Below, piece by piece: positions 12,240 to 23,430 of a DNA stretch of 64,000 nt. Position numbers and translations under genes: made by a program. Each line of letters starts with the position of its first letter. The stretch's first letter is position 1. The notes under the pieces are model-generated. The model did no database searches. It worked only from the letters and a program-made list of their open reading frames with translations, and had not been told where the DNA came from. Source of the DNA: Cetorhinus maximus (lineage: Eukaryota); the NCBI RefSeq assembly GCF_964194155.1, contig NC_135904.1:27838001-27902000 (forward strand). Direction: 5' to 3'.

Positions 12240-13212
12240 AATAAAAGCAAAACACGGCAGATGCTGGAAATCTGAAATATGAACAGAAAGTGCTGGAAAA
12301 ACTCAGCAGCTCTGGCAGCATCTGTGGAGAGAGAAACAGGGTTAACGTCAGAGCTCTGAAGACGTCATACGGACTCGAAACGTTGACTCTGTTTCTGTCT
12401 CCACAGATGCTGCCAGGCCTGCTGGGCAGGACCTTCCCCCTCGTCGGGCAGACGCGACAGGTGGGCCCGGGAGCAGTCTTGAAACTGCCCGCTGCCCGCG
12501 ATCGGGCCCCGGCCGCAGTTTCACACTGGCTGGCCTCTCAACGGCCAGCCTGCGTGAATCATGTGCCGCAACGCTGAGCGCTGCCGAGGTGGGAGCGGGA
12601 GGAGGGCCAGCACGGAAGTTTGCGCAGGCGCGCGCACTGAAAGCCCCCTGAAGGCACAGAGCAGCCTCAGGGAGCTGTAGGATTTTAAAAATATAAATGT
12701 AAAGAGTTTAAAAATGTTAAAAACATGTCTCCTCATGTGACTTTGTCACATGAGCAGGGACATGTTATAAATGAGATTTCAACATTTTTATTTTGTTTTT
12801 AATTCCTCTTGGAAACCTCATCCCGCCCGTGGGTGAGGTTTCATAAAAACCCCAAAGGCTGCCTGGCCGATTCGCCTGCCCGCCAACCATAAGGTTGTCA
12901 GGCAGAGAGAAATTGCATTTAATTATTACCTCACTGGCCTTAATAGACCTGTTAACTGTCGTCTGGAAGTCACATTCAGGCTCTGAATTTGCCTATCCAC
13001 CTGCTCTCTGGAGACCAAGGTTACAGAGCTTCCTTGCCTCCACTGTCCCCCCTCTCCCACACACGCTCGCCAACCGAAATATCGCACGAGGGCGCGGTGA
13101 CGCTGGGACGCTCCCCCGATGCCATCGTGTGTCACTTTACGCTCGAGGGGGTCGGGCGCCCGCCCGCTCGGCGAAAAACTCTGGCCGCTGAGCTTTTCCG
13201 GCATTTTCTGTC
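12240..13212. mobile_element. Penelope-type fold-back repeat interrupted by a MITE
   Basis: gatgctggaaatctgaaat...ggcagcatctgtggagagagaaacag / ctgtttctgtctccacagatgctgcc; resumes at 13187 (gctgagcttttccggcattttctg). Confidence 0.8.
12424..13186. mobile_element. Harbinger-like MITE with internal hairpins
   Basis: Imperfect TIR gggcaggacctt / aaaactctggcc with a 3-bp duplication (gct) of the host repeat. Confidence 0.75.
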
Positions 13213-13855
13213 TTTGTAACGTTATAATGCCTTTCACGACCTCAGGATGTCCCGTAGCCCTTTACAGCCCATCAAATACTTTTCAAATGTTTAGAATGTA
13301 GGAAACGCTTATTTAATTGGATATCAATTATCTTTAATTATATGAAGGTGGAGGGCATTAATTGGGGTTGAACTTGAGCAAATATAAAAAGACGCTGAAA
13401 CTGGGGTGGAGTTGAGTTAGGATGTGTTTGCTTGTACTGATTTTGTAAATAAATGTTGGACTGGGTAAAGATTTGCTCTTGCACTGGCCTTCACCAACTG
13501 GCATTCTGGAATATAAAGATGGAAGTCGGCAGCCAATTTGTACACAGCAAGATCCAATAAAAAGCAATGAGATAATGATGAGATAATCTATTTTCAGTAA
13601 AAGAGCTTGGGGGAAAGCAATTGACCAGGATACCAGGAGAACTCCTATTCAGTTCTTCAAAATAACAATATCCAACAGAGATGGGGAATAGGGCCTCAGT
13701 CTAATGTCTCATCTGAAGGACAACACTGTTCAACAATGCAGCACTCCCTCAGTACTGCACAGGGATGTCAGCTGGATTAGGTGCTCAAATCTCTGGAGAA
13801 GGACTTAATCTCATGACCTTCTGACTCAAAGGTGAGAATGTTAATCACCGGGCCT
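13210..13855 (-). mobile_element. DeuSINE pieces, minus strand
   Basis: gcctttcacgacctcaggatgtccc (tail, about 13230) and gcactccctcagtactgcac...ttctgactcaaaggtgagaatg (head, 13740-13850). Confidence 0.75.
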
Positions 13856-13896
13856 AAAACATAAGCTTCAAGACGACTGAAGTCTCATTAAGAACA

Positions 13897-14349
13897 AAAC
13901 AAAAATAAAAATACCTGGAAAAACTCAGCAGGTCTGGCAGCATCTGCGGAGAGGAACACAGTTAACGTTTCGAGTCCGTATGACTCTTCAACAGAACTAA
14001 GCAAAAATAGAAGAGAGGTGAAATATAAGCTGGTTTAAGGGGGGGTGGGACAAGTAGAGCTTGATAGAGGGCCAGTGATAGGTGGAGATAGCCAAAAGAT
14101 GTCATAGACAAAAGGACAAAGAGGTGTTGAAGGTGGTGATATTATCTAAGGAATGTGCTAATTAAGGGTAGAAAGCAGGACAAGCTATATTTCACCTCTC
14201 TTCTATTTTTACTTAGTTTTGTTGAAGAGTCATACGGACTCGAAACGTTAACTGTGTTCCTCTCCGCAGATGCTGCCAGACCTGCTGAGTTTTTCCAGGT
14301 ATTTTTATTTTTGTTTTGGATTTCCAACATCTGCAGTTTTTTTGCTTTT
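13897..14349. mobile_element. Young Penelope-type insertion with about 135-bp near-perfect inverted arms
   Basis: About 13897-14030 is the reverse complement of about 14183-14318. Exact 15-bp TSD gtctcattaagaaca at 13882-13896 and 14350-14364. Confidence 0.9.
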
Positions 14350-14705
14350 GTCTCATTAAGAACATCTTCTAAAATAATCCAATTATTCATTGAGATTGTT
14401 CAGATAAAAGTAATGGTCACAATGTCAAGGCAACGTGTGTTGACATGGTGGGGGAAAGTGGGAAAGATTTACAGTACAGGAGGGGGCAGCACAGCTACCA
14501 GGAAGTCATATTCAGGTTGTCGTCATTGCCTTAAGAGGCTACTGAATTACAGGTCATGGAGCATAGATTTGCCTCTCCACCCGCCTAACCAAGGCTACAG
14601 AGCCTCTTTCCCTCCACTGCCCCCATCCCTCAGCTAGTGGAGAACATGAGTATAAATCTATCTGCCCTCCCCTACCTCCACAGCTGTTCCTCTTTGTTAC
14701 ATCTT

Positions 14706-15380
14706 GGGAAAAATTCTCCTCCCATTGAGGGGGCGGGAGGTCGCGCCTCCGATCAGCGCCCCCGATTGGGGGTTTGGGGGTGTGCCACCATTTTACGTGG
14801 GCGGGCCAATTAAAGCCCGCCCAGCATGATGTCCGCCAGGAAGCGCTATGCGCTCCCTGTGTGGGCAGGGGGGTTATTCCCTCAGCCGAGAGTGCGCTCT
14901 TTCCTGCACGCGCGTGAAAGAGTGCATTGATCTCCCTGAGGCTAAGTGCTGCCTCAGGGAGAACGGCTCAGAATTAAAATTTGCAATAAAAATGATAGGA
15001 AAATTTCCCTGACATGTCCCCTCATGTGACACTGTCACATGAGTTGGGACATGTCCACAACTTTAACTGAAGCTTTAATTAAAAATTTAAATACCCTCAT
15101 GAAACCTCATCCCACCCGTAGGTGAGGTTTCGTGCTTTTTCTGAAGCCTGCCAGGGCCCCCGGCCTGCCCACCAATCTTAAGGTTGGATGGGCAGGTCCA
15201 TTAATGATTTTAATTGGTGTCTCAATGGCCTCAATTGGCCGTTGACAGGTCGGCGGGCGCACAGCTGAAAATGGAAATGATGTGGGGTGACATCAGGAGT
15301 TCCACCCGATGTTATCCCGCATCATTTTTCGCACCGGCGAGCGGGCCCCGCCCTCGCTTGCCAACCGGAAGATCCTGCCC
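14706..15380. mobile_element. Harbinger-like MITE related to the one at 12424
   Basis: Termini gggaaaaattctcc / ggaagatcctgccc; shares its ordered internal palindromes with 12424-13186. Confidence 0.75.
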
Positions 15381-16429
15381 CTGGAGACAGATCACTTGTC
15401 AGGTGCAGTGAAGAGCAAGTGTGGGGAGTGAACTGTTAACCAGGTCTCTGTCCCCATAGGGCTGCCCTGGGCATCCCCTGAGAGCAGGACTGGGCCTGCT
15501 CCTGGAATATGCACAGAATGAGTGCAAACATTCACTGGAGGCAGGAGCTCGGGGTGGTGGGGGGAGGGCGGCACGGGATTAATCTTGGCCTCCCGCCTCA
15601 CTCTTCTCCTCATTGTTCCCATTTAACATCATTTTCAGTGCATGTTGCCCAGGACAAGGAATATTGGATGTGTCTCTTCTCTTACACCTCCCTTATTCTG
15701 TGCACCTATTGGAGACCCAAAAATGAAAATCTCTCTCGAGTTCAGATCTCCCCCATCTCCCCAGCAGAACGCTGACGCCAATCTCCCTCTGACAGGAAGG
15801 TATTTGCTCCTTCAACCTTTTCCCAGTGCTACTGTGTTCCAAAACCTGGCAGATGAGATACATACTCAACTGTTTCTCCATAGAGAAAACCAAAACATGT
15901 TTTCTGGCCATGAAGTTTGTGGTGGCTTTGCTTAATCTTAGATTCAGCCAATTTGTACTTCTGTATGAAATCTAGAAGTTGTGCAAGGATTTTCAAAACG
16001 ATAACTCAGCTCTGACCTTGCAAATAAGTATTTTAATTGGTTCTCCGAATCATTATCAACTCAGATGATGTACTGGATTGTAAAACAGCATGCACTTCAT
16101 ACCAGTTAAAAGACATGAACAGTATATTTTCTAAGTGTTGCTTAACTGATTGTTCCAATTTGAATGATCAGATATTGAACATCTACTTTGTTTTATTTTC
16201 ATATGAGCAAACACGAATCATTAAAACAACCCAAGGAGAAGCTACCTAAAGCAAGACAGTTGGATTTACAGCCTCATGTGATCTATACCTTTTGCCTTGA
16301 CATCTATGTAGGATTGAAGAAACAAAAAAAGCACAATTACTCATTTTTTTAATCTCACTAAATTCTGGTTTATAAACTAGTCCTGATTTTGGTTATTGTG
16401 CACAAGTAGCACATATCCACCTCTTTTAA

Positions 16430-16808
16430 CATTCATTCCCTCCACCAACGACACACAGTGGCAGCGGTGTGCACCATCGACAAGATGCACCGCAGCAACT
16501 CACCTAGGCTCCTTCGACAGCACCTTCCAAACCCACGACCTCTACCACCTAGAAGGACAAGGGGAGCAGATCCATGGGAACATGGGAACTTGCAAGTTCC
16601 CCTCCAAGTCGCACACCATCTCGACTTTGAACCATATCATCGTTGCTGGGTCAAAACCCTGGAACTCCCTCCTAAATAGCACTGTGGATGTTCCTACACC
16701 GGATGGACTGCAGCAGTTCAAGGTGGCTCACCACCACCTTCTCAAGGGAACTTAAGGATTGGCAATAAAAATGCTGGCTTAGCCAGTGATGTCCACATCC
16801 CATGGAAG
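16430..16808 (+). mobile_element. 3' fragment of the LINE family at 30922
   Basis: AAVCTIDKMHRSNSPRLLRQHLPNPRPLPPRRTR plus the shared 3' tail. Confidence 0.9.
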
Positions 16809-17421
16809 AGTAGAAAGAATGCTGTTGAGCTTCCTCTTGCATGGTGAAATTATGGTACAATAATCAACCAGAGAGAACAAAATGGCAATTAAAGAAGCTT
16901 ACAGCACAGCAGGAAGCCATTCAGCCCATTATGTTTATACCAGCTCATTGCAGGAGCAAACATAAAAACAACCCCATTGCTCTGTTCTTTGCCTCAAGGT
17001 CTTGTGCCTTTCTCTGTTGGAGCATGAACATGGACCTCCATCATCTACTAACAATAAAGGCTGGGACTGCATTGATGGACAAATAAAATACTAGTCAATC
17101 CTGTGATTCGTGGGGAGGAAGTCTGGACTTTGTTATTGGAGGCCTGGATTATCAGTCAACCAAAGTCTGAAACAATCGGCAACTGAAGCTCAAGGTGAAA
17201 GCAATGAACAGAGAAGCCAAGGATATAAGAAAAGGCCTGTCACGTTCTTTCAGGGTGTTACTGTGAGTTCAGAGGCAGCAATGCTGGGCCCTACAGTTAA
17301 ATTAGAATTCCTAAACTATGTTGGATATTATTAAACAAGCTCTTCAGTACAGTGGTAACGTGGTGGCTAACACTTTATTTATAGCTTAGTTCTGGCTCAA
17401 TTCAAGTCACCTGGAGACAAT

Positions 17422-18165
17422 GGGCTGGATTTTCAAATCGGAATCTGGAACCTGATGCCCAGATCATCTCCGGGTCCTGACCCTGCGTTAGCATCAGCAG
17501 AAAATGAGCAAGGACCTGCCTTTGTGTAGAGCGCACCATGAGTGAATGAATGAACGGACGATGAATGAATGGTTTCTCTGTTGCATCAGCAATCGTGTCG
17601 CAATGTGATTTTCAAATGTTAATCAGATAATTGAGCTGGGGGGCGATTGTGGCACCCAATCTGCGATGACAGCACTGGCATGGAGGTGAGCATACTGCGA
17701 TGTTGAAAGGCAGATGGGGACCATGACAGGGCTCACTGTTGCCTGGCTAAATGGTCAGAGATCCAGCATCGTAATCATGCATAAAAGTAGACAAATGTTC
17801 ACCAGGAAGTTAAGTGAAGCGCTTTGTTTCAAAGGCCCTACTTTTCCATCATTTTGCATTATTATCCAGATTAAACAACGTCCAACTGCATTTCTCCTGC
17901 CAGGTAATCACTTAGATGCACCAGAATGTTCACAGCTCCTGTTCTCCAGATTGAAAATTCCCTTCTGGCCCTCTTCAGCCCATTGACAAGCTCCTCAAAA
18001 GGCTTAACAGGCTGTTAATTGGAGGTGAGTGGGTTCCCTCCTCCCTCCTCCCTGTGAAAACTCAAGCGCATCCTGAAGGTGTTGGAATCCAGAGACGCCT
18101 TGCAGGAATTCGATGTTTAGATCATGTCTGTTCCCAACCCAACTGGCAACTGAAAATCTGGTCCT
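17422..18165. mobile_element. Harbinger-like MITE
   Basis: Termini gggctggattttcaa ... ctgaaaatctggtcc, the same TIR type as the element at 54432. Confidence 0.6.
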
Positions 18166-18269
18166 TTAATCTTCACCTGGTTTGTTCATATCCAATTCAA
18201 TATCACCTTTGAACAACACTTTATGATTGGCCTTCCCAGCCCTACTACTACTACAGCCCTCTACTATCA

Positions 18270-18530
18270 TGAATAACAAGTGCAGTAATATCATGGGAAC
18301 ATCATCACCACCAAGTTGCTCTACAGACGTACACCATCCTGACTTGGGACACATATCACTCTCTTCATTGTCATTTGTTCAAAATCCCCAAATCTTCTAC
18401 CTAACATCATTGTGAGAGGACCAGTATCACACAGACTGCCGTGGTTCAAAAAGGTGGCCCATCGCCACTTGCTCAGAGTAACCAGGGATAGAAATAATTG
18501 TAACCAGGCCAGTGAAGACCTCATCCCAAG
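18270..18530 (+). mobile_element. Diverged 3' fragment of the LINE family at 30922
   Basis: caccatcctgacttgg...gtggttcaaaaaggtggcccatcgccacttgctc aligns by eye with 33670-33870. Confidence 0.7.
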
Positions 18531-19981
18531 ATCAAATTTTTCAATGTCAGTGTTGCTTTAAGGTAAGAAATCATGATGATTAGATTTTTTATATAGTTTT
18601 TACAGGGAAAATTACAGGGAAAATTGAAAATATGTTAAAAAAAGCAATCAAAAATTGGCAAAATGAGACTGACAAAGTTACAATGGGTAAAATGAGGCAC
18701 TTTATTCCAATGATTTAAAAGCATCAAGCTTAATTTTAGGTTTGTGCTCGGGACAATCAATTGGCTTCCTCATCGCTGTCCAAAGTAATCTTTTCTCAAG
18801 ACGCTATCTTCTCCCCTATGTGAAAACACATCAGTGTCTATGTTTCTTGACCCTAAGTGAGCATGAGTCACTTCACAATAAATTAGACCAGTTATTATAA
18901 AAATCTAGGTTAACACTGAGCTTTTAACATTTCTAAGGCCATGGAGACACTCCAAAGCTTTTGTAAAATGCCACCTTATATTTAACAAGCCCTGCTCCTC
19001 CAAGTCTATGGCATTCCGAGTTTTATTAAAGAACTCAAGTGGAAAATAGGTTAGAGGTAACTGCAATCCAAGCAAAAAGATACTGTCCTCAGGTAGCTTG
19101 GGAATACTTCAAAGAACTAGCATTTAAAAACCGCAGGAACCAAGCTCCTTTCTTTAATGCTGAGCTCCCGGAAACATTTAACATTTTGGAGAGAGGGAAA
19201 ACTTTTGGAGATTTATCAAACTTGATTTATTACTGAAATTCTTTATGAATCAGAGCCTATGTAGGTAATGATTCACAGTTAATTTTATTGTCTTGAACGT
19301 ATTACCATACTTTTGGGTATTGATGCTTTCAAAGTAAAAATCAAAGCAAAGAGCACACTAACAATTCAATTCTGAAACGGACATCAATTGTCCACTTAAG
19401 AGCTGGCCACCTTGTTTGCATGTTTATGCCCTACAAGAATGAAGATTAAAAACTATCCTGCTGCAATATTATAAATTGACTTGCAGCCAGAATGCGTTAA
19501 GATCACCCACTGTAATATCAAATGGGTCACTAATTCCAGCATATGTAAGTCTCTCTCTGCTTAAGTGACTAACTACCATTAATCATTCCTGTCCATTTGT
19601 AAAGGACTATCAAAGTGCTTTGCAGCTAGGCCTGGTTCCAAAGGTAAAAGAAACAGAAGACCTTGCGCATACAGCTAATAGATTACAAAGTTGGCTGATG
19701 AAATGAGTAGAGGGGAAATGTCCTATTTGTTCAAGTTTTGTGTCAATGGCTCTGTGTTATGGGGTCTGAGCAATACAGATCACAAATCACCAAGTTTTGA
19801 TCCCTGGTCTGTATTGTGACAAAGTGACAAAGGATGAAGCCCTACAATTAGCATCAATCACTTGAGCAGGGCAAGAGAAGGGTAAATTGTTTTCAAAAAA
19901 TTCTGGATCTTGCAGGAATCCAACATCAGCCCCTGTTATATTGATGAGGTAATAAGGAGGTTCCAGTTGTCTCTGGAATCA

Positions 19982-20290
19982 GGCGAGATGGTGGCGTTGT
20001 GGTAATGTCACTAGGCTAGTAATTCAGGCTAATGCTCTGGAGACACGGGTTCAACTCCCACCATGGCAGTTGGTGCAAATTCAATCCATAAATCTGGAAT
20101 ATAAACTATAGGGAAGGAGATCTGCCACCCTTACTCAGTCTGGCCTTCATGTGGCTCAAAACCCACAGCAGTGTGGTTGACTCTTAACTGCCCTCTGAAA
20201 TGGCCTAGCAAGCCACTCAGCTCAAAGGCAATTAGGGATGGGCAATAAACACTGGCCTTCTCAGCAAAGCTGAAATCCTGCAAAAGAATA
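19982..20290 (+). mobile_element. tRNA-headed SINE (LINE partner)
   Basis: A-box-like tggcgttgtggt, B-box ggttcaactccc, body gactcttaactgccctctgaaatggcc, tail aattagggatgggcaataaa. Confidence 0.85.
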
Positions 20291-20439
20291 CAAACATTGG
20301 GGCCATAAACAATGTCGAGTCACATATGTGATAACAAAGCTGCTGTGCAATTAATCAGAGGCATGAGAATGACCCCTGGTTTGAGACCAGTGTTCCCTCT
20401 AATCTATGCTGGTGCAAAGATGAGCAGCAACCAGCAATC

Positions 20440-20586
20440 CTTCCCTAACAGCACTGTGGGTGTACCTATACCACAGCGACTGCAGTAGTTCAAGAAGGCA
20501 GTTCACTACTGCCTTCTCAAGGGTAATTAAGGATGGGCAATAAATGCTGGCCCAGCTAGTGACGCCCACATCCCATGAATGAATAA
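20440..20586 (+). mobile_element. 3' fragment of the LINE family at 30922
   Basis: ccctaacagcactgtgggtgtacc...gacgcccacatcccatgaatgaat. Confidence 0.85.
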
Positions 20587-20827
20587 ATGCAGTTGGAGCA
20601 TTCCAGTACAAGCGTGCTGCCTCAGTCACACTGTGCTCCCCCAGGAAGGAGGCTCTCACAGTAGGCTGACTTTGTTGGGTCCAGTACAACACAAGGAGCC
20701 AACAGACCCCAGTGCATTCTCCAAAGGTGCACAACAATGATGTTGGTGAACATCAGTCGTGTAAAAGTAAACCATTCTATTTAATCAGTATGGTTCCCAG
20801 TCTGATGACTTTTATTTGACACAAGTG

Positions 20828-20988
20828 CCTTTAAGGGGATGATAGGCAAGTACATGAGGGAGGAAGGAATAGGAAAATATGCAGATGGGGTTAGATGAAG
20901 TAGGATGGGAAGAGGCTGGTGTGGCACATAAACACTGGTATTGACCAATTTGGTCGAATGGCCAAATTCTGTGCTGTAAATTCAATGT
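20828..20988 (+). mobile_element. CR1/HER1 3' tail fragment
   Basis: ataaacactgg...ggtcgaatggcc...tctgtgctgta. Confidence 0.7.
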
Positions 20989-21609
20989 AAAGTTGGGTCG
21001 CAGTGTTCTCTAAGATTTTATTTGTTGTACGTGGCTCATTTTTTTCAACACTTGGTCCTCTTAAAAGTTTTTTTGCATGGCTGTGCACATGCGTTGTCTT
21101 AACAGAACAACTTGCGAGTGGCCTACGCAGCATCTTCTGGCTTGCTGCTCATCCTTGCACCTACATATCAGGGACAAAATAGTGAAGTCAAAATATCAGG
21201 GCAGGGATCAGCCTTGGAGTAAAATGAACATACTTGGGCGGGAAGAGTGGAGGCGAGGGTGGGGGAAAGAGAAAGAGAGGAGTGGTCAATTGATAGCGTT
21301 ATGGGATGAATAGTTCTCAAGAAAAAAGGATGAAAGATAACTTGAGCATCAATGGCTATGATCCAACTGAGCACAGAAAGAAGTAGAAAACTAAGGAGAA
21401 CAAAAGAAGGGATTCAAGATTTTATTCAAATCAGACTCCATAAAAAGGGAATTAAAACAAAGGGTTCAAAAATGTTCCTATAAAAATACTGAGTAGTAAG
21501 CTTGGAGAAATGCAAAACTAATGCACTAGATTTAAAAGGAACACAGAAAGAAAGTGTTAACATTGAATAATTAATAACAATAAGAATCCATGCCTTAGGA
21601 TACAAAAAA

Positions 21610-22005
21610 AAAGACTTGCATTTGTATAGCACCTCTCACGACCTCAGGATGTCCCAAAATGCTTCACCTACAACAATGTACTCTTGAACTGCAGTCACTG
21701 TTGCAATGTAGGAAACCTGATCTAATTTGCACAAAGCCAGGTCCCACAAACAGCGTAATAATGAACTGAACATCTGCTTTAGTGATGCTGAATGATAACT
21801 ACCCGTGTTATTTTTTTCCAAATAGTGGGCATGGATCTTTCACATCCACGGGAGAGAGTTTCGGTCTAACATCGCATCCAAAAAGCTGCACCTACCTTCG
21901 GTGCTCTGTTGGGAGTGGTAGGCTACTTTTAATGCTCAAATCTCTGGAGTGGGACTTGAACCTACAACCTACAGGCAAGAGAGCCACCCACTGAGCCACA
22001 GCTGT
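21610..22005 (-). mobile_element. DeuSINE copy
   Basis: gacttgcatttgtatagcacc...ctggagtgggacttgaacc...actgagccacagc. Confidence 0.85.
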
Positions 22006-22559
22006 TGTAATGGAGGAGGCTGTGGCTCAGTAGGTAGTGAAGAGTAGGTACAGAAGAAAATGGTTATAGAACGATTATATATGGAAACACAATTTGCAGA
22101 TGAAGGGTATATGAAGAACTAATAACAGGGGAGACCTGAAGGAAATTATAACTAAGAGAAGACATTGTTCAGGTCGAAAAGAGAGGAAATAAGAACTGGG
22201 AGATCAAAGCGATTTGTTTTAAAATGCAGCACAGTTACCATGGAAAGCGACTGAAGCAATAGTTATTCGATAATAAAAGCTTTTTACTTTGTAATATCAG
22301 AAAAAGAGGCTTCCTCCATGTTATTTTATTGCCCAGTGTGAGAGTAGATTCAATTGCAATAGCGCACACAACATTAGATTAAACTACGTTTATAGCTATT
22401 TACCATTTAAAATCCCAGCTACGTGGATGGGTTGCTGCACTAGGTGGAAAAATTGATGGCAGTGGAACAGTGCGAAAAGGAAAAAAAAGGCTCATACTGT
22501 GTCATGTACCTCCTCCAGTCTTTGGCCACAGTGCAAACTGCTCGGTTTGTATTTGTTCC

Positions 22560-22862
22560 TTTCCAGTACTGAGTCAGCGCTGTACTGTTGGAGATGCCAT
22601 CTTTTGGATGACAGGTTAAAACATCTGCCCTCACGGAGAACAGCGGGAAGTTCTCCTCAGTGTCTTGGCCATATTCACCCCTCAAACATCGCTAAAATGA
22701 GATGATGTGGCCATTCACACATTACTGTTTGCGGGAGCTTCCTGTGTGTAAATTGACTGCTGCGTTTCCTACATTACAACTGCTTCAAAAGCAGGTCACT
22801 GGTTGTAAGGTGCTTTGTGACACCCTGAAGTCATAAAAGGTGCTATATAAATGCAAGTCTAT
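22560..22862 (+). mobile_element. DeuSINE copy, 5' truncated
   Basis: cttttggatgacaggttaaa...ggtgctatataaatgcaagtct. Confidence 0.85.
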
Positions 22863-22989
22863 TTATTTTACACAGGAAAAAATGCAAGTTCATGCAGGGT
22901 AATGCAGCTATACGCTAGCACAGCTTTTCTTGCTTTCTTCTGTACACCCCTTCACTGTCCTGTTTATTATAACACTTCGCTTTCTTTCG

Positions 22990-23430
22990 GCTTCACCCAT
23001 TTTACTTGGGGGCCACCGTTGATTACCCTTCTCCACCTCCTGTCTCCTGTCAGTCACCCACTCCTGTTCCAACCCCGCTGCGTTTAAGCCTCTTACCACT
23101 GCACCCTTCCACCTGGTCTGAGGTCTTCCTCTCCTGCTTGTCACTGGCAGAGCCATTTTCATCATTCGCCTCACCACAATTCCTCTCTCTCTCTCTTTCC
23201 CAGCAATAGATGACCAAACCATTCCAATCTCTTCTCAGCTGCTTCCTTCAATGCTCCCAAAATTTTCACTGACCCCCTGATGTACTGGTTGTTGATCTTG
23301 CCCTTTCTCAATACTCCACACATCCATTGCGGTATCCATATCTCACTAGTATCTTCTTCACGTTACCCTAGCTTCTGCCCTATGTAACAGTTTATTCTAA
23401 CACTGTACTTTTACAAATGATTTTTACCCA
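22990..23430 (-). mobile_element. RTE-clade LINE 3' fragment
   Basis: Minus translation WMCGVLRKGKINNQYIRGSVKILGALKEAAEKRLEWFGHL ... RRGRPQTRWKGAV...DR, typical of an RTE C-terminus. Confidence 0.8.

Noticed and set aside
14155-14637. 160-aa hydrophobic ORF
   Set aside because: Read-through of the Penelope inverted arm.
19982-20070. tRNA-like A/B boxes here and in other SINE heads
   Set aside because: SINE heads without a full cloverleaf, not tRNA genes.
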